Positions 1 to 16,041 of a stretch of DNA of 64,000 bases are shown here, in pieces (position 1 is the first letter of the stretch; each line of letters opens with the position of its first letter). The notes below the pieces were generated by a model. The model had not been told where the DNA came from. It searched no databases and worked only from the letters and a program-made list of their open reading frames with translations. The stretch is taken from positions 113,460,001 to 113,524,000 of the forward strand of contig OZ024740.1 of the NCBI GenBank assembly GCA_964016885.1, written 5' to 3'. This DNA is from Eledone cirrhosa. Lineage: Eukaryota. A program made the position numbers and the translations under genes.

Positions 1-915
1 TTGTGCAAATTCTTCTTGCTAGGTTAAAAGGAATGTTCGTCTTTGTGTGCTTTGGATGGTTGGAGGTGAATAGCAGATATTGTTTGGAATCTGTTGGTTT
101 GTAGTGTATGTCAGTTTCGATATTTATGTCTTTTTTTAAGATTAAGATGTCCAGAAATGGGAGTTGATCTTGGCTGTATTCCATTGTGAATTGGATGTGG
201 TTATTGATGCCGTTTATTAAGTTTTTGAAATCCTTCAGTTGGTCGAGTGTGTGGGACCAAAGAATGAGGCAATCATCCAAGTAGCGTTTCCAATTCTCTG
301 ATAAATATTTGTGGAAGTTCAATGCGTATTTTGATTTGGACTGTTCATATATCTGGACTTCTAAGTATCCATGACCAATTTGGCATAAGTTGGAGCGGCT
401 TTTGTACCCATCGCAGTCCCCGATATTTGCTTGTAAGTATTACCATCGAAATCAAAAAAGTTGTTCTGTATGATGAATTTTAATCCCCCGGTGATGAATC
501 TTTTTTCTATTCTATCAGGTATCTCATTGGGATCTTTCTCTAGCCAGAATCCTATTGCTTCTAGTCCGTATTGGTGTGGGATCGTTGTGTAGAGATTCAC
601 TACATCGAATGACACAATAATAGTGTCGTTGTTGACATGTTTCGGGAGGTGGTTTAAGAGGTCCAGATCGTCTCTTACAAGGCTTGGTATGTGATTCAGA
701 ATTGGTTTCAGTAGTATGTCTATAAAGTTGCTCAGTCTGTGTGTTTCGCATTGTGGGCCCGCTACAATTGGTCTTAATTGTAGGTCTGCAGTGGTATTGT
801 GTGTTGACGCAGGCTGTTGTGGATTGTTTACAGGCATCGTGGATTATTTTACACTTGTGGATCTTCGGAAGTCCGTAAAGGTTGCTGGTATTGTATTCAA
901 ACTTTGTTAAATAAT
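1..915 (-). mobile_element. Penelope-like element RT fragment, same family as 40738-46935; runs off the window edge
   Basis: ORF 361..837 (SFDVVNLYT, QISGTAMGTKAAPTYA) is near-identical to the reverse complement of ~43690-44605; its 5' end is truncated at a (TA)n tract. Confidence 0.95.
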
Positions 916-924
916 ATATATATA

Positions 925-980
<56 letters not shown>

Positions 981-1203
981 TATATATATATTATTTAACA
1001 AATTTTGAATACAATACCAGCAACCTTTACGGACTTCCGAAGATCCACAAGTGTAAAATAATGCACGATGCCTGTAAACAATCCACAACAGCCTGTTATT
1101 AATTCTGGCAATATTACGCAAATATGACCCTCCCCAAATATAACAATATCTGTTTCGACACACGATTTCATATAAAAAACCTCGCAAAACTAATTCATCG
1201 CCG

Positions 1204-1270
<67 letters not shown>

Positions 1271-1292
1271 GTATAACAATCAATACAATATA

Positions 1293-1370
1293 ATTACCTC
1301 ATTACCAGAGATTTCCCGAATGAGGCGAATACGAAAGAAACGTCTTCATTCGTTCGTCAGACGAGGCAAT
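1293..1370 (-). ncRNA. Type I hammerhead ribozyme
   Basis: Minus strand: ttgcctcgt-CTGACGA-(gaatga..tcattc stem II)-GAAA-tctctgg-TA-atgaggtaa; stem I pairs over 9 bp; GUA site. Confidence 0.75.
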
Positions 1371-1493
1371 ATAAAACATGGCTAAATACTTGGAAAGTCT
1401 CATCAAGATAAGCAAAAAAAAAAATTATATAAATATAGACAAATGAATTACAATAGCCATATGAAATATACGAAAGAAACGTCTTCATTCTCG

Positions 1494-1545
<52 letters not shown>

Positions 1546-1551
<6 letters not shown>

Positions 1552-2596
1552 AAATAACAGGAGGCTGGAATGGTGTAAATCCTTGAAAAGTTTATTATAC
1601 TATGATCATTTCAATGACCGGGTTCCGTATGAATCCGGTGATATCATAAGGTATTCGAATTCGAAATATAACAAAGGAATATATAAAATCCATCTTCCGA
1701 AAATCAGAGACAGAGAGGAAGACAGACCAACTAGCTGCTTTCACCTCGGTCAATCGCCCTCAATTGATGGCAACTCGGTCTACTAATGACCATCTGGTGA
1801 GGGGGCGAAGGCTTATAATGTACTACCACTTCTCCGTCAGAGAATAAAAAAAAGAAAGAAAAAAAGAAGAAAAGTCAGCGTAAGGGTCACACTACAGTCA
1901 TGCTAGAAGACGCCGCGAAAAATGTTATTCCAAAGAACCCATATTTTTACAAAGGCATATATATGGGTGTCTGTATGGTATAATGTGTGAACAGAAAATT
2001 GGAACGTAAACTTATGTTAAGAGTTATAGGATGAAATTAAATTATTAGAAAATTAATAGAAAATTAAAGGTTTGTGTTGCGAGATTTATTTAATGAAATT
2101 ATATAAAGAGTATTATATGAAAAAGTTTAAGTGTATTATAGGGAATCTCGATAAATTATCAAGGTGGGATATAGAGTAAAGATAAAAGCCTTCGATTGTA
2201 AATCCCAGCCAGCACCTCCTAACCACGTGTTAGCCAGTATCGAGTGGTATCGTCTAGCGAAATAAATGGAAATTAATTTTTCCGAGTATAGAATATCTGT
2301 TCTATCTCTAATGTCATTAGAGATAGAACAGATACTCTATACCATTTCCTGTCAGCATGACTTGGCAAGCTATTTAGAACACTGGTTTAACCGCTTTACT
2401 TCCCTCCGAAGAAGAGATATTATCACGGAAATTAAGGACATTTAAATAAATCTAAGGTAAAAGACTAATTGCCAACAATATCTTTTGCGTTTGCATTCTT
2501 TTTTCTATGTCCATACCTGCATTGTTTTGGCTTTATTATACATATACAAACGTTTATACCTCATTACACAATGCTTCAAGTGAACTATAACCTCCT

Positions 2597-2600
<4 letters not shown>
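1546..2600 (-). mobile_element. Non-autonomous PLE-like element, family A (pLTR with degenerate HHR at 1597-1654)
   Basis: Terminal segment shared with 2810-2945, 3038-3190, 8011-8184, 9989-10162 and 63880-64000; 1985-2070 resembles the reverse complement of 9300-9400; flanked by (TA)n. Confidence 0.65.
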
Positions 2601-2663
<63 letters not shown>

Positions 2664-2853
2664 TTGTTTGTTCACCACTGGATAGAACTGGTCCTTCCGT
2701 ATGGTCAACCTCGATGTAGTACTATGGAGAGCACTCAACGTAATGCAACTCACCCGTCTTCGTTTGCGTAGTTGGTGTTGCGAGTACGTAGGTAATTATT
2801 ATAAAATAAAATAACAGGAGGCTGGACTGGTGTAATTCACTAAAAGTTTTGTT

Positions 2854-2911
2854 ATACTATGATCATTTCAATGACCGGGTTCAGTATGAATCCGGTGACA
2901 TCATCAGGTAT
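2854..2911 (-). ncRNA. Minimal hammerhead ribozyme (family A pLTR)
   Basis: atac-CTGATGA-stem II (accgg..ccggt)-GAAA-TGATCA-TA-gtat; palindromic stem III. Confidence 0.8.
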
Positions 2912-2970
2912 TCGAAATATAACAAAGGAATATAATAGACGAAATAGAATTTGTCTATTATATTCCTTTG

Positions 2971-3039
<69 letters not shown>

Positions 3040-3092
3040 GTAAAATGACAGGAAGCCGGACTGGTGAAATTCCTTGAAAGATTTGTTATTTC

Positions 3093-3154
3093 AAGCACTA
3101 TGTACATTTCAGTGACCAAGGTACCTACGAACCTGTTGATATCATCAGGTGATT
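3093..3154 (-). ncRNA. Minimal hammerhead ribozyme (diverged family A)
   Basis: aatcac-CTGATGA-...-GAAA-TGTACA-TA-gtgctt; palindromic stem III. Confidence 0.7.
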
Positions 3155-3281
3155 ATTGCATAAAAGTTATATAATAAAGGAATAATGGCAAACATAATCC
3201 AAGAGACTAAAAAGACAGAGAAAATGTTTAAGACTCGAAAGCGCTCTGGGCCTGCTTTGCCAGTTTGGTAATCCAGCAAAC

Positions 3282-3313
<32 letters not shown>

Positions 3314-3911
3314 CGGGTCACTCTTGAGTGCTACTGGTAACATGTAACCCAGTACAACCTGTCGCATGGTCGGGTGGTCGTCGACTAAACCGGCAACCCC
3401 ACCAAGTTTACTTGGTGAGGAGGGTGATTTTGGACACCCTGCAGGACAAAAAACAAAACCTGACAAAGGGCGGAAGAATGTGTGTAAATATCTATATACA
3501 CATGTACATATGTATGTATATGTATATGTGTATATACATGGGTGCATGTGTATGTATATGCGCGAGGACATAGAAATAGTCGTGCTGGACAACCGATCAC
3601 GCGGTTAAACCACTGGGAGTGAAGGACCACTAGTCTTTGTCAGGGCATTCTTCTAGGAGAAAGCAAATCAGGAAACTTGGATAACTCCGATATAATACCT
3701 GCGGCTCAGTATTTACCGATGAGGTTGATCTTTTCTTCTTTTTGTGTTATAGCTACTGTCGCTGAGAGAGTGGGATTGGCTCAGTGCACAGTCTTTCCTT
3801 ATTTAAAAATAAATATCTTCACGCACAGGCATTGCACGATAGAATTAATTAATAATTATTAATAATGTTATATCGTGCAATCGCTAAAATCGATAACGAG
3901 GGGGCAGCCAT

Positions 3912-3981
<70 letters not shown>

Positions 3982-3983
<2 letters not shown>

Positions 3984-5611
3984 ATGTATTTTGCAATACA
4001 CTTTATGCTTAATTAAAAGCATTTTGAAGACCGTAAGCTATTGTTTTAAAGTAGTGACAAATTCACTTACTTTGATCTCAGCAAACAGGGGAGATAAGCC
4101 GACAAGTCTTGTTTCGCTTTGGTTGAAGCTTATCAAGGCCAACTACCCCTCCTGTCTACCGAGATCATTGATGTTATATTCTTATAGAAATCTAGTAAAT
4201 AATCAGGAGCTGATTATGCAGAGCGGTTGTTGGTCAGGCAGAAATTAAAAATTAGAATTGGAGCTCTGAAATAGCAATATATATATGGATGTATATATAA
4301 TGTATTTTGCAATACACTTTATGCTTAATTAAAAGCATTTTGAAGACCGTAAGCTATTGTTTTAAAGTAGTGACAAATTCACTTACTTTGATCTCAGCAA
4401 ACAGGGGAGATAAGCCGACAAGTCTTGTTTCGCTTTGGTTGAAGCTTATCACGGCCAACTACCCTCCTGTCTACCGAGATCATTGATGTTATATTCTTAT
4501 AGAAATCTAGTAAATAATCAGGAGCTGATTATGCAGAGCGGTTGTTGGTCAGGCAGAAATTAAAAATTAGAATTGGAGCTCTGAAATAGCAATATATATA
4601 TGGATGTATATATAATGTATTTTGCAATACACTTTATGCTTAATTAAAAGCATTTTGAAGACCGTAAGCTATTGTTTTAAAGTAGTGACAAATTCACTTA
4701 CTTTGATCTCAGCAAACAGGGGAGATAAGCCGACAAGTCTTGTTTCGCTTTGGTTGAAGCTTATCAAGGCCAACTACCCCTCCTGTCTACCGAGATCATT
4801 GATGTTATATTCTTATCGGCTTATCTCCCCTGTTTGCTGAGATCAAAGTAAGTGAATTTGTCACTACTTTAAAACAATAGCTAACGGTCTTCAAAATGCT
4901 TTTAATTAAGCATAAAGTGTATTGCAAAATACATTATATATACATCCATATATATATTGCTATTTCAGAGCTCCAATTCTAATTTTTAATTTCTGCCTGA
5001 CCAACAACCGCTCTGCATAATCAGCTCCTGATTATTTACTAGATTTCTATAAGAATATAACATCAATGATCTCGGTAGACAGGAGGGGTAGTTGGCCGTG
5101 ATAAGCTTCAACCAAAGCGAAACAAGACTTGTCGGCAATCTCCCCTGTTTGCTGAGATCAAGTAAGTGAATTTGTCACTACTTTAAAACAATAGCTTACG
5201 GTCTTCAAAATGCTTTTAATTAAGCATAAAGTGTATTGCAAAATACATTATATATACATCCATATATATATTGCAATTTCAGAACTCCAATTCTAATTTT
5301 TAATTTCTGCCTGACCAACAACCGCTCTGCATAATCAGCTCCTCATTATTTACTAGATTTCTATAAGAATATAACATCAATGATCTCGGTAGACAGGAGG
5401 GGTAGTTGGCCTTGATAAGCTTCAACCAAAGCGAAACAAGACTTGTAGGCTTATCTCCCCTGTTTGCTGAGATCAAAGTAAGTGAATTTGTCACTACTTT
5501 AAAACAATAGCTTACGGTCTTCAAAATGCTTTTAATTAAGCATAAAGTGTATTGCAAAATACATTATATATACATCCATATATATATTGCTATTTCAGAG
5601 CTCCAATTCTA

Positions 5612-5615
<4 letters not shown>
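3982..5615. repeat. Retrozyme-like tandem array of ~315-bp units folded back into a large inverted repeat
   Basis: Direct units start at 3982, 4298 and 4613; orientation flips at 4816/4817; reverse units continue to 5615; one HHR per unit; (TA)n on both sides. Confidence 0.9.
4088..4149 (-). ncRNA. Hammerhead ribozyme with U3-A8 core (further copies 4404-4464 -, 4719-4780 -, 5085-5145 +, 5399-5460 +)
   Basis: ggggtagttggcc-TTGATAA-gctt caacca aagc-GAAA-caagacttg-TC-ggcttatctcccc; stems I, II and III all pair; GUC site. Confidence 0.8.
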
Positions 5616-5695
<80 letters not shown>

Positions 5696-5869
5696 ATATA
5701 AGTATATTTGGTGTGAGAAGTAAGATGGAAGGCTCAAAGAACGTGTAATAACATTGAAATTCAAGAGTACGTTTTATTTTTATTTTTGAAAAGGATTCTG
5801 CAATGCATAAGCACTATGATATAGTTAAATAAAACAGGGCATAAAACCCCCCGAGACAAAAAATAGTGA

Positions 5870-7877
5870 ACATATTGGCCTGCAGGAATCGAACCACAAA
5901 ACTGCTGCTGTTGTTTCCGAAACATATCTGAAAGTCATTGCAGAAAGTTCTTATTCAATGAAATTTGATCCTACATAGTTCCATCATTAACAGAAATATT
6001 TACAATTGTTAGATAAATTGTATTGACTTTGGAAGCTGAAGAAAAAAAACCCCCGGAGAATAGACCTTCCTTTGGAAGAAAGTCTCATAAAGCTATGACA
6101 AAGCAGCTACCAAGGGAGAATGAAAGTAAAGAGCAGCGACAAAGATAAAAACCATCTAAATGAATCAAAAGAACAAAGATCAAAAAGCCTTGCTCGGTGA
6201 TAGGGAAAGGAAAGCAACTTTACGAACATCAAAACAGCAAATGGAGAGAAATAGAGCTGCTCAAATGTGGCATGACGTCACTGAAGTCCAAACAACTCAA
6301 AGACTATGCGAACATAGAGTAAGAACAGAATATTTATAATTTTAAATGGTTGCCGAATGGAACTTTGCTGCTTTTACGATCCTCATCATAACCACGCCTC
6401 AGAAATTTTATTTAAATTTCCTCAATGTTTGTCCAAATTGTTGGGCTAAAAATTGGAATTTTGAGTCAACTGGATTATGTTGTTAGAAGGGAAAGATCAA
6501 GTTGAATCTATTACCTGAACCAACAATATCCTTGAGGGGATCGCTAATTAGTTCAACTACTGAATCAAAACACTTTCTTCAAAATAAGTAAAATAATGCA
6601 TTCTAATTGACATAATTTGCTGCAAATGTCCCCATGGAAGGTGGCTTTATGCCTATTTTCAAGATCAAACGGCATATGTACCATAGAATTGAGTCATTTC
6701 AGCCACTTCCAGAAGAAGAATCAAAATCTTTCAAACTTATATTCATCATTGTCACGAAAAACCAAACACAGACAAGATATGAAAATAATCAAGAAATAAG
6801 ATATGAAATCAAATTGCAATTAAAAGAAATCTTAGAAGAAACAGAGAAATTTGAAATATGTCCTAGAAAATGCACCTGTACAAGAACTCAAACTACTGAT
6901 AAAAGCTGAGAGCATTCACGCCACAATAATGCAGCACCTGAATGTAATGAAGTTACTCTTGTAATATCTGCAGTAGGGCATGCTAAACGTGAAGAGATAA
7001 GCAATTACAGAGAATAAATGAAACACATCACTCTTACGATGCTTTCCAATATCGTTTTATTTATATGAATGGAGAAGATGTATACCATTTCAAAATACCG
7101 CAAAAAGATAAAAATAATAATACCAGGAAGACCGTTTGATATATGAACTTTTACGCCTACCATTTTATGGTTAATCAAGACAATTTCAATTCACTTTACA
7201 AAATGCAAAATCTGTTCTATCAATTTGCTGTGAACATGTATGCAAAAGTTGAGGCAGAAAGATTAGCATTCATATGATCCTACCAGAAAGAATTACGAAA
7301 AAAGGATGACAGCATGACGCCTGTGTGCGAAGTGCAATGCTGCATAGTAGTGAACCATGGGCTTTGACTGCGGATGACATGCGTAGGTGATAGAAATAGA
7401 GCAAACATGCTTCGTTGGATGTGAGAGAAAGGCTGGGCTTACATGGGCTGAAGGAGAAGTTTAAGAGGAATTCGAATTGTGTGCAGGAAAGAACATTACG
7501 TTGGTATAGACACTTGATGATCGCTGGATCAAAAATACAAGGAAATACCAGTGGAAGGAAGCTGCAGTGGAGGTAAGCCAAGAAAGATCTGGGCAGAGGA
7601 GATAAGAACTGATCTGAAATCGTTGCGACTCATTGAGGAAAATATGAAGGAACGCGTCAAGTTGAGATAGGATGTGCTGGAAAGGACTCATCCAACCCAC
7701 GCAAGCGTTGAAAAGCAGACGGAAAACGGTAATAATGATGATGATGACCTCACTGAATTTGTTATACCGGTATTGTTAGAATCACTAATCACAATAAGTT
7801 TTTTAGAAAATATATCAAATTTCAAATAAAATTTAATTATTTCGTTCAACCCTGGTAACGACAGGTACTTCTTCTAG
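5870..7877 (+). mobile_element. Degenerate, internally deleted Helitron with RepHel remnant; interrupted by an RTE LINE piece
   Basis: Translated remnants CPNCWAKNWNFESTGLCC*KGK, GFMPIFKIKRHMYHRI, HHSYDAFQY..GEDVYHF, FYQFAVNMYAKVEAERL; 3' hairpin cctggtaacgacagg followed by CTAG-T at 7874-7878; 5' boundary approximate. Confidence 0.85.
7276..7748 (+). mobile_element. RTE-type LINE 3' fragment
   Basis: Remnants DACVRSAMLHSSEPWALT and CVQERTLRWYRHLM; (TGA)n tail. Confidence 0.75.
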
Positions 7878-7901
7878 TATTTATATACATATATACATGC
7901 A

Positions 7902-11010
<3,109 letters not shown>

Positions 11011-12796
11011 TATACCATGCCACCTCTAGTTTTTCCCATTATAAGTTATTCCAAAAGAACTCTACCCGACCCTCAGGCGCTTCTGTATCATTCTTAGACA
11101 ATCACAGAAACCAGTGAAAACCAATGCGTATTTAAAGACGGATCTAAGGAATATAGATAATAGATAATTAAAGACATGACTAACACAATGTTACACATAT
11201 TTACACACGCACAGCCTCACACAGAACCGTACATACACGTACAGAGAGAAGCACACACACACAGAACCTAATATATACACACACAATCACTCATTTGTAC
11301 ACCCACATATATATATACATATCATTTGCAAATAGCTTTTTCTAAGGTAAAATCAGTGTATATTTTAGTTTTTACTATTTTGCGTCGCCTTTCTACAATT
11401 TAATCCGAATTATTTGTTGTTTTTCTTTTCATTTCATTTTTATTTAATTATTTTTTACGTTTGACATATTCCCATATTATTAACAATCGAAATGGTAACA
11501 TCAAAGAGAATATTTTGGATCGATTCACTTGTAGTAGAGCTTTTAATATCTGCTGCATTCATTACGTACGAATGCTTTCGGTGATATTAGCATTTGTTTG
11601 TATAGTCCTGAAATGTCAGAGAAATCAATTTAAAATAAAATAATATAATGGAATGAAGAACTGTGAAAAACAAAGAGCGCAAGGAGTAGAGTAAAAGAGA
11701 GAAAATACGATGGAGATAGTTAGAAGAGAATAAATCTTTCTCTGTATGTCTGTGGGATGGAGATAAAAGCAGGGGAAAAGAGAAATGCATAGATAGAGAG
11801 AAAGAGAGAGATGTGGGAAGTGAGTGACTGGAGATTTTTCAAGAATTTATACATTTGGTAAGCGACAAGTGTGTAAAAACCGATTAGAAGAATTGCTAGT
11901 TTTATGTCAATAGATTTGTATGGAATGTTTGCTAAACCCTTCTAATGTGCTATTAAGTTCGATAGATGTTATCACATTCCACTGAATTGCTTTAATGAGA
12001 AATGACAAGCCTATAGCTTTTGCTGTTGTTGTTTACTTTTTACTTTAATTCTTACCGAGTATCTGAAAGCATAAAAATGAAAAAAATATAAAATGTCTGC
12101 GTCAAATTTGTAGACTTATAATGATCCGACATATCATAATGATCCAACATATCTGCTGGGAGTAAATGTATTCAAAACATTTTCATAAGTAAAAAATGAA
12201 TCTGCGGTCATCAAAGAACCCTAATTGATATTATGAGGTTCGAATATATCTGACTATTACATGATATAAACGTGAAGCAACAGCCAAGCCGTACCAAGCC
12301 AGAAAGAGATTATAAATACAACTGATGTGTTTACTCAATATTTTAGTTAAATGTCACCGAAGAGACTACCTACTTTCATTCATATTTCTGTAAGAATTGT
12401 ATGTGTATATTGGATATCAGTTGGTTTGGACGGTTACTGTTCCAGTTGTTTTGACCAAAGGAAAATACATTTTCGTCTGTTTAATCTCATTTAATATATT
12501 GAAGATGGATTTGAATAAAAAAAGGAAGTTATAGAATAAGATTTTTTATCACATTATGCTTTAGAGTGCGGCTATTGTTAAAAAAGATATACGATTTAAC
12601 AATTGGTATGGATTTTGCATGTTTCATCCATTTTGATAATAAATCTCTGTTTCTTTGTGATGCTGAATAGCAAGAAAATCGGTATGCGAAAATTACTGAA
12701 CGCTCAACCTTAGTTGTTTAACGGACTGGCGCCAATGCTATTTAACATATACAAACCACAAAACGGAAGATGTTAATAGAAACATTACACACACAT

Positions 12797-12950
<154 letters not shown>

Positions 12951-13096
12951 GTAGGTGTATGTGTATGTGTGTAGGTGGGTGTGTATGTGTGTCGATGATT
13001 TACACACAGCGTGTCAAAGAGGAAGTTACATCGACATCGGTACAATATTCAGTGTAATCTAAGCTATAACTATTAAGATAATCATTTTATTGTGAA

Positions 13097-13935
13097 CTAG
13101 CAGTAAAGCCCGGCGTTGCTCGGGGTCGCTCAGTAGCTGTGTTAAAGTTACAATGTTAAGTTTCTTTCTTGGCTTAAAAACTGTAGTGTCTACTGTGCAG
13201 ACTTGCATGTGGTGTTTTTGATTAATATTCCCTCAACCAACAATATGCCTTATGAAGTTAAGAAAACATAACGATAACCCGAATGTTATAACAAAAGAGG
13301 ATGCTGGGGATAGAAACTGCACTGGTTATTTATTAACAAAGATCGAAAATGTAAACACTGCAACGCAGAGAAAAACATTAGCGTAACCAAATTATCAGTT
13401 ATGTCTGTCTGCACGGCCTATATCACCTCTCTGCACGACTGTCTGTCTGCACGCCTATATCACCTCTCTGCACGACTGTCTGTCTGCACGCCTATATCAC
13501 CTCTCTGCACGACTGTCTGTCTGCACGCCTAACGACGAAATATTTGCTTGTTTTACGTAGTCTTTAAATAGACTTGTTTTCAAGTAAAAATATTGTTTTA
13601 AAATGCTTTTAAATGGAAATGAAGCAAAAGGGAAGCTTCGTGTATTGTGTTAATGTCATTTTAAACGCTGAGAAAGCCAGCGTAATTTTTTACGTAAGAC
13701 GCTCAATGTAAACAGAACAAAGGGAAATAACTGATAACTTACGCTCAAAAATCGATACATTATATTCGATTTCGTCACATAGGGTGGGTCAATTTGAAAT
13801 TTTTTTTTCCGATGTCTTCGCTAGGGCTCAATGTACAAGTATAGCAATTTCGGTGCAATTCCGTGAGAGATTCTAAGAGGAGATGTGTGCCAAAAATCGA
13901 TAGACAGACAGACAACCACAGTTTTATATATATAT
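13097..13935 (-). mobile_element. Non-autonomous Helitron with a 37-bp internal minisatellite (13403-13530)
   Basis: Minus-strand 3' end ccccgagcaacgccgggctttactgCTAGt; 5' end tatataaaactgtggttgtctgtctgtc typical of Helitron non-autonomous elements. Confidence 0.75.
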
Positions 13936-14151
13936 ATAAACCAATTTCTGAATCCAATTTAATGAAAAAGAGAGCAAATATAAATTACGGAACAAAGGTG
14001 GAACACTGCCAGGAATTCAAATATTTTCCTGTTTTATTAAACCCCAATCCAACATTGAAGAACCTCTTAAATAATTAAATAATCTAAAGCACAGTATATC
14101 ATTATCAATGTGGCTAATAAAGAAACCATTATTATCATTATTATTGGTGGT

Positions 14152-14369
14152 GGATTGGCAGTATCGGTAGAGAGTCGGACACCATGCTTCGCGGCATTGA
14201 GTTACGGTCCTTTGCGTCTAGAGTTCTAATCCCCACCAAGTTTAGCTTTGCTTTCATCCTTGCGGGGTCGATAAAATAAAGCACCAGTAATGCACTAGGG
14301 TATTTTAATCGACACACGCCACTTCAAATTGCAGACCTTGTGTTTAAGATAGAAACAATTATTATTATT
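14152..14369 (+). mobile_element. SINE family 1 (tRNA-like head, ttcatcct..ggggtcgataaa core, ATT tail)
   Basis: Same sequence at 19655-19850, 21127-21311, 48890-49062, 52578-52765 and 58407-58586. Confidence 0.8.
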
Positions 14370-14419
14370 TGAAACTTTGTAACTTCTTTTGAATTCTGCT
14401 TCTTTTCCAAACCATGCCG

Positions 14420-15660
14420 AGTATTAAGTTGACACATGAGGCAAAATTTGATAAAACACACATTCTACGATCAATTGTCATACAAATGGTTCCACAAGGA
14501 CACAAACAACTCTTAATACTTTTGCAAGGGTTTTACATTCTCAGGTCATCGGCAGTGCCAGTCAACTCTATTCTCTGTATCTCTTGCAGATATGGCTTTC
14601 CTGTACCGGTCCAAATATTTTTCTGTTTCCTTTTTTATCATTCCAAATGCGCCGACTAGCACTGGTGTTATACAAACCTAAAGATGCCACATTTTCTCAA
14701 TTTCAATTGATAGATCTTTAGACTTATTGAGTTTTGCAAACTTTTTCAAGATGTTAATGATCTGATGGAATGCTCATGTCAATTAAGTAACATGTTTTCT
14801 CTTTATGGTCCTTCACAATTATATCAGGTCTGTTGGCCTTGATTATTCTGTCAGTGTTCACAGGGTAATACTGTCAAATTCTCGTCTCCTGGAACTGCAT
14901 CTGTGTGATGGTTGTAACCCGCCCTCCCCATTTCCGACCATAAAACCTGCACATTACACATTGTAAATATAACCCCACTCTATTATACCTCGTTTCATAT
15001 TTCTGGTGAGCTAATGCTTAGCAGCCTGAAACCAGGTGGTTTGGTTTAATTCCATTTCTGATCAATTTAGCTTGAAAGTTGCTCGCTGAAAAGCATTGGT
15101 TTAGTGCAGCCAAAATGAATCCCTCACTCTCTTCTTTTAACCCAGAACTCCACAGTCACTGATGGATAGGAACTTGATCTATGTCAATTTTGTTTTGCTA
15201 CGGAGCACATACTGCCCATGCAGTGGGCTTTTCTCCCATTTAGTGCACAGTCTCTGTTAACCTTCATGTTTTTCCAACACTTTAATGTTGTTTGCGGTTT
15301 CAATTGCAGAATCGCCATCATTTTCAAAATGTATTCCCAGTTCTTCCGCAAACGTCCTACTTTCTTTAATGTAGTCTCTTCTTTATTTTGTGATCTGCAA
15401 CCATTTTCATTATCCAGTCATCTGTGTTTTAAGGTACTGATCGAGTCCAATGTTTGATATCCTGTATGATAGCTTAGGCAGGATCATTCATCTAAATCTG
15501 TTTTTTCTAGGGAGATAAAGACGATTCCCATCTTTGGCTGATTTATTTTATTACAGTTCAAACGTTCCAATTTATGATTTTGAAACTTTAGGCTTATTTT
15601 TCGAGTTAAACTCAGTTTTCAAGTTGGTTTGTACTCTTATGTACACATTTTTTTCTAAAC
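14420..15660 (-). mobile_element. Degenerate RLE-type non-LTR retrotransposon (R4/NeSL-like) 3' part
   Basis: Minus-strand remnants HGQYV..LKEESEGFILAA, ANRPDII, IDMSIPSD, SKDLSIEIEKMWHL. Confidence 0.75.
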
Positions 15661-16041
15661 ATGCCGATCTTATTTAAGCTCTTTCTTTATACGTAATTAT
15701 ATCTGTTCTTTTATTAAAATTTAAATACTCCCTACTTTAAATAGGCTAACACTAATTTCATTATATAATAGAATCTCCGGACATGAGAATTAATACCTTT
15801 ATTATGTCCGTGTTCAATTGAAATCCTACCATGGTCAACGTTGCTTCTCATCCATTCAGTGGCCAATAATATAATCAACTAATGTGTAAATTTAATCGAC
15901 TTTCCACTCCTCTCAAATGTCTAATTTTGTCTTAATTTCTACAATTCAACGGCGATAAACACATTTAAATGTAAACATAGGTATTCAATCTATTCAGTCC
16001 TACGATTTTCTGCATATAATTATTGTATACTTCGTACCATA

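Noticed and set aside
4205-4276. CTGATTA..GCTCT-GAAA as the array's hammerhead
   Set aside because: No stem I or III pairing; the well-formed HHR is on the opposite strand at 4088-4149
3991-5557. Repeated 85-aa ORF MQYTLCLIKS..
   Set aside because: TTG start, no recognisable domain, frameshifted in two units, antisense to the HHR; a by-product of the repeat
13403-13530. CRISPR-like 37-bp repeats
   Set aside because: No spacers; a pure tandem minisatellite in a Helitron in eukaryotic DNA
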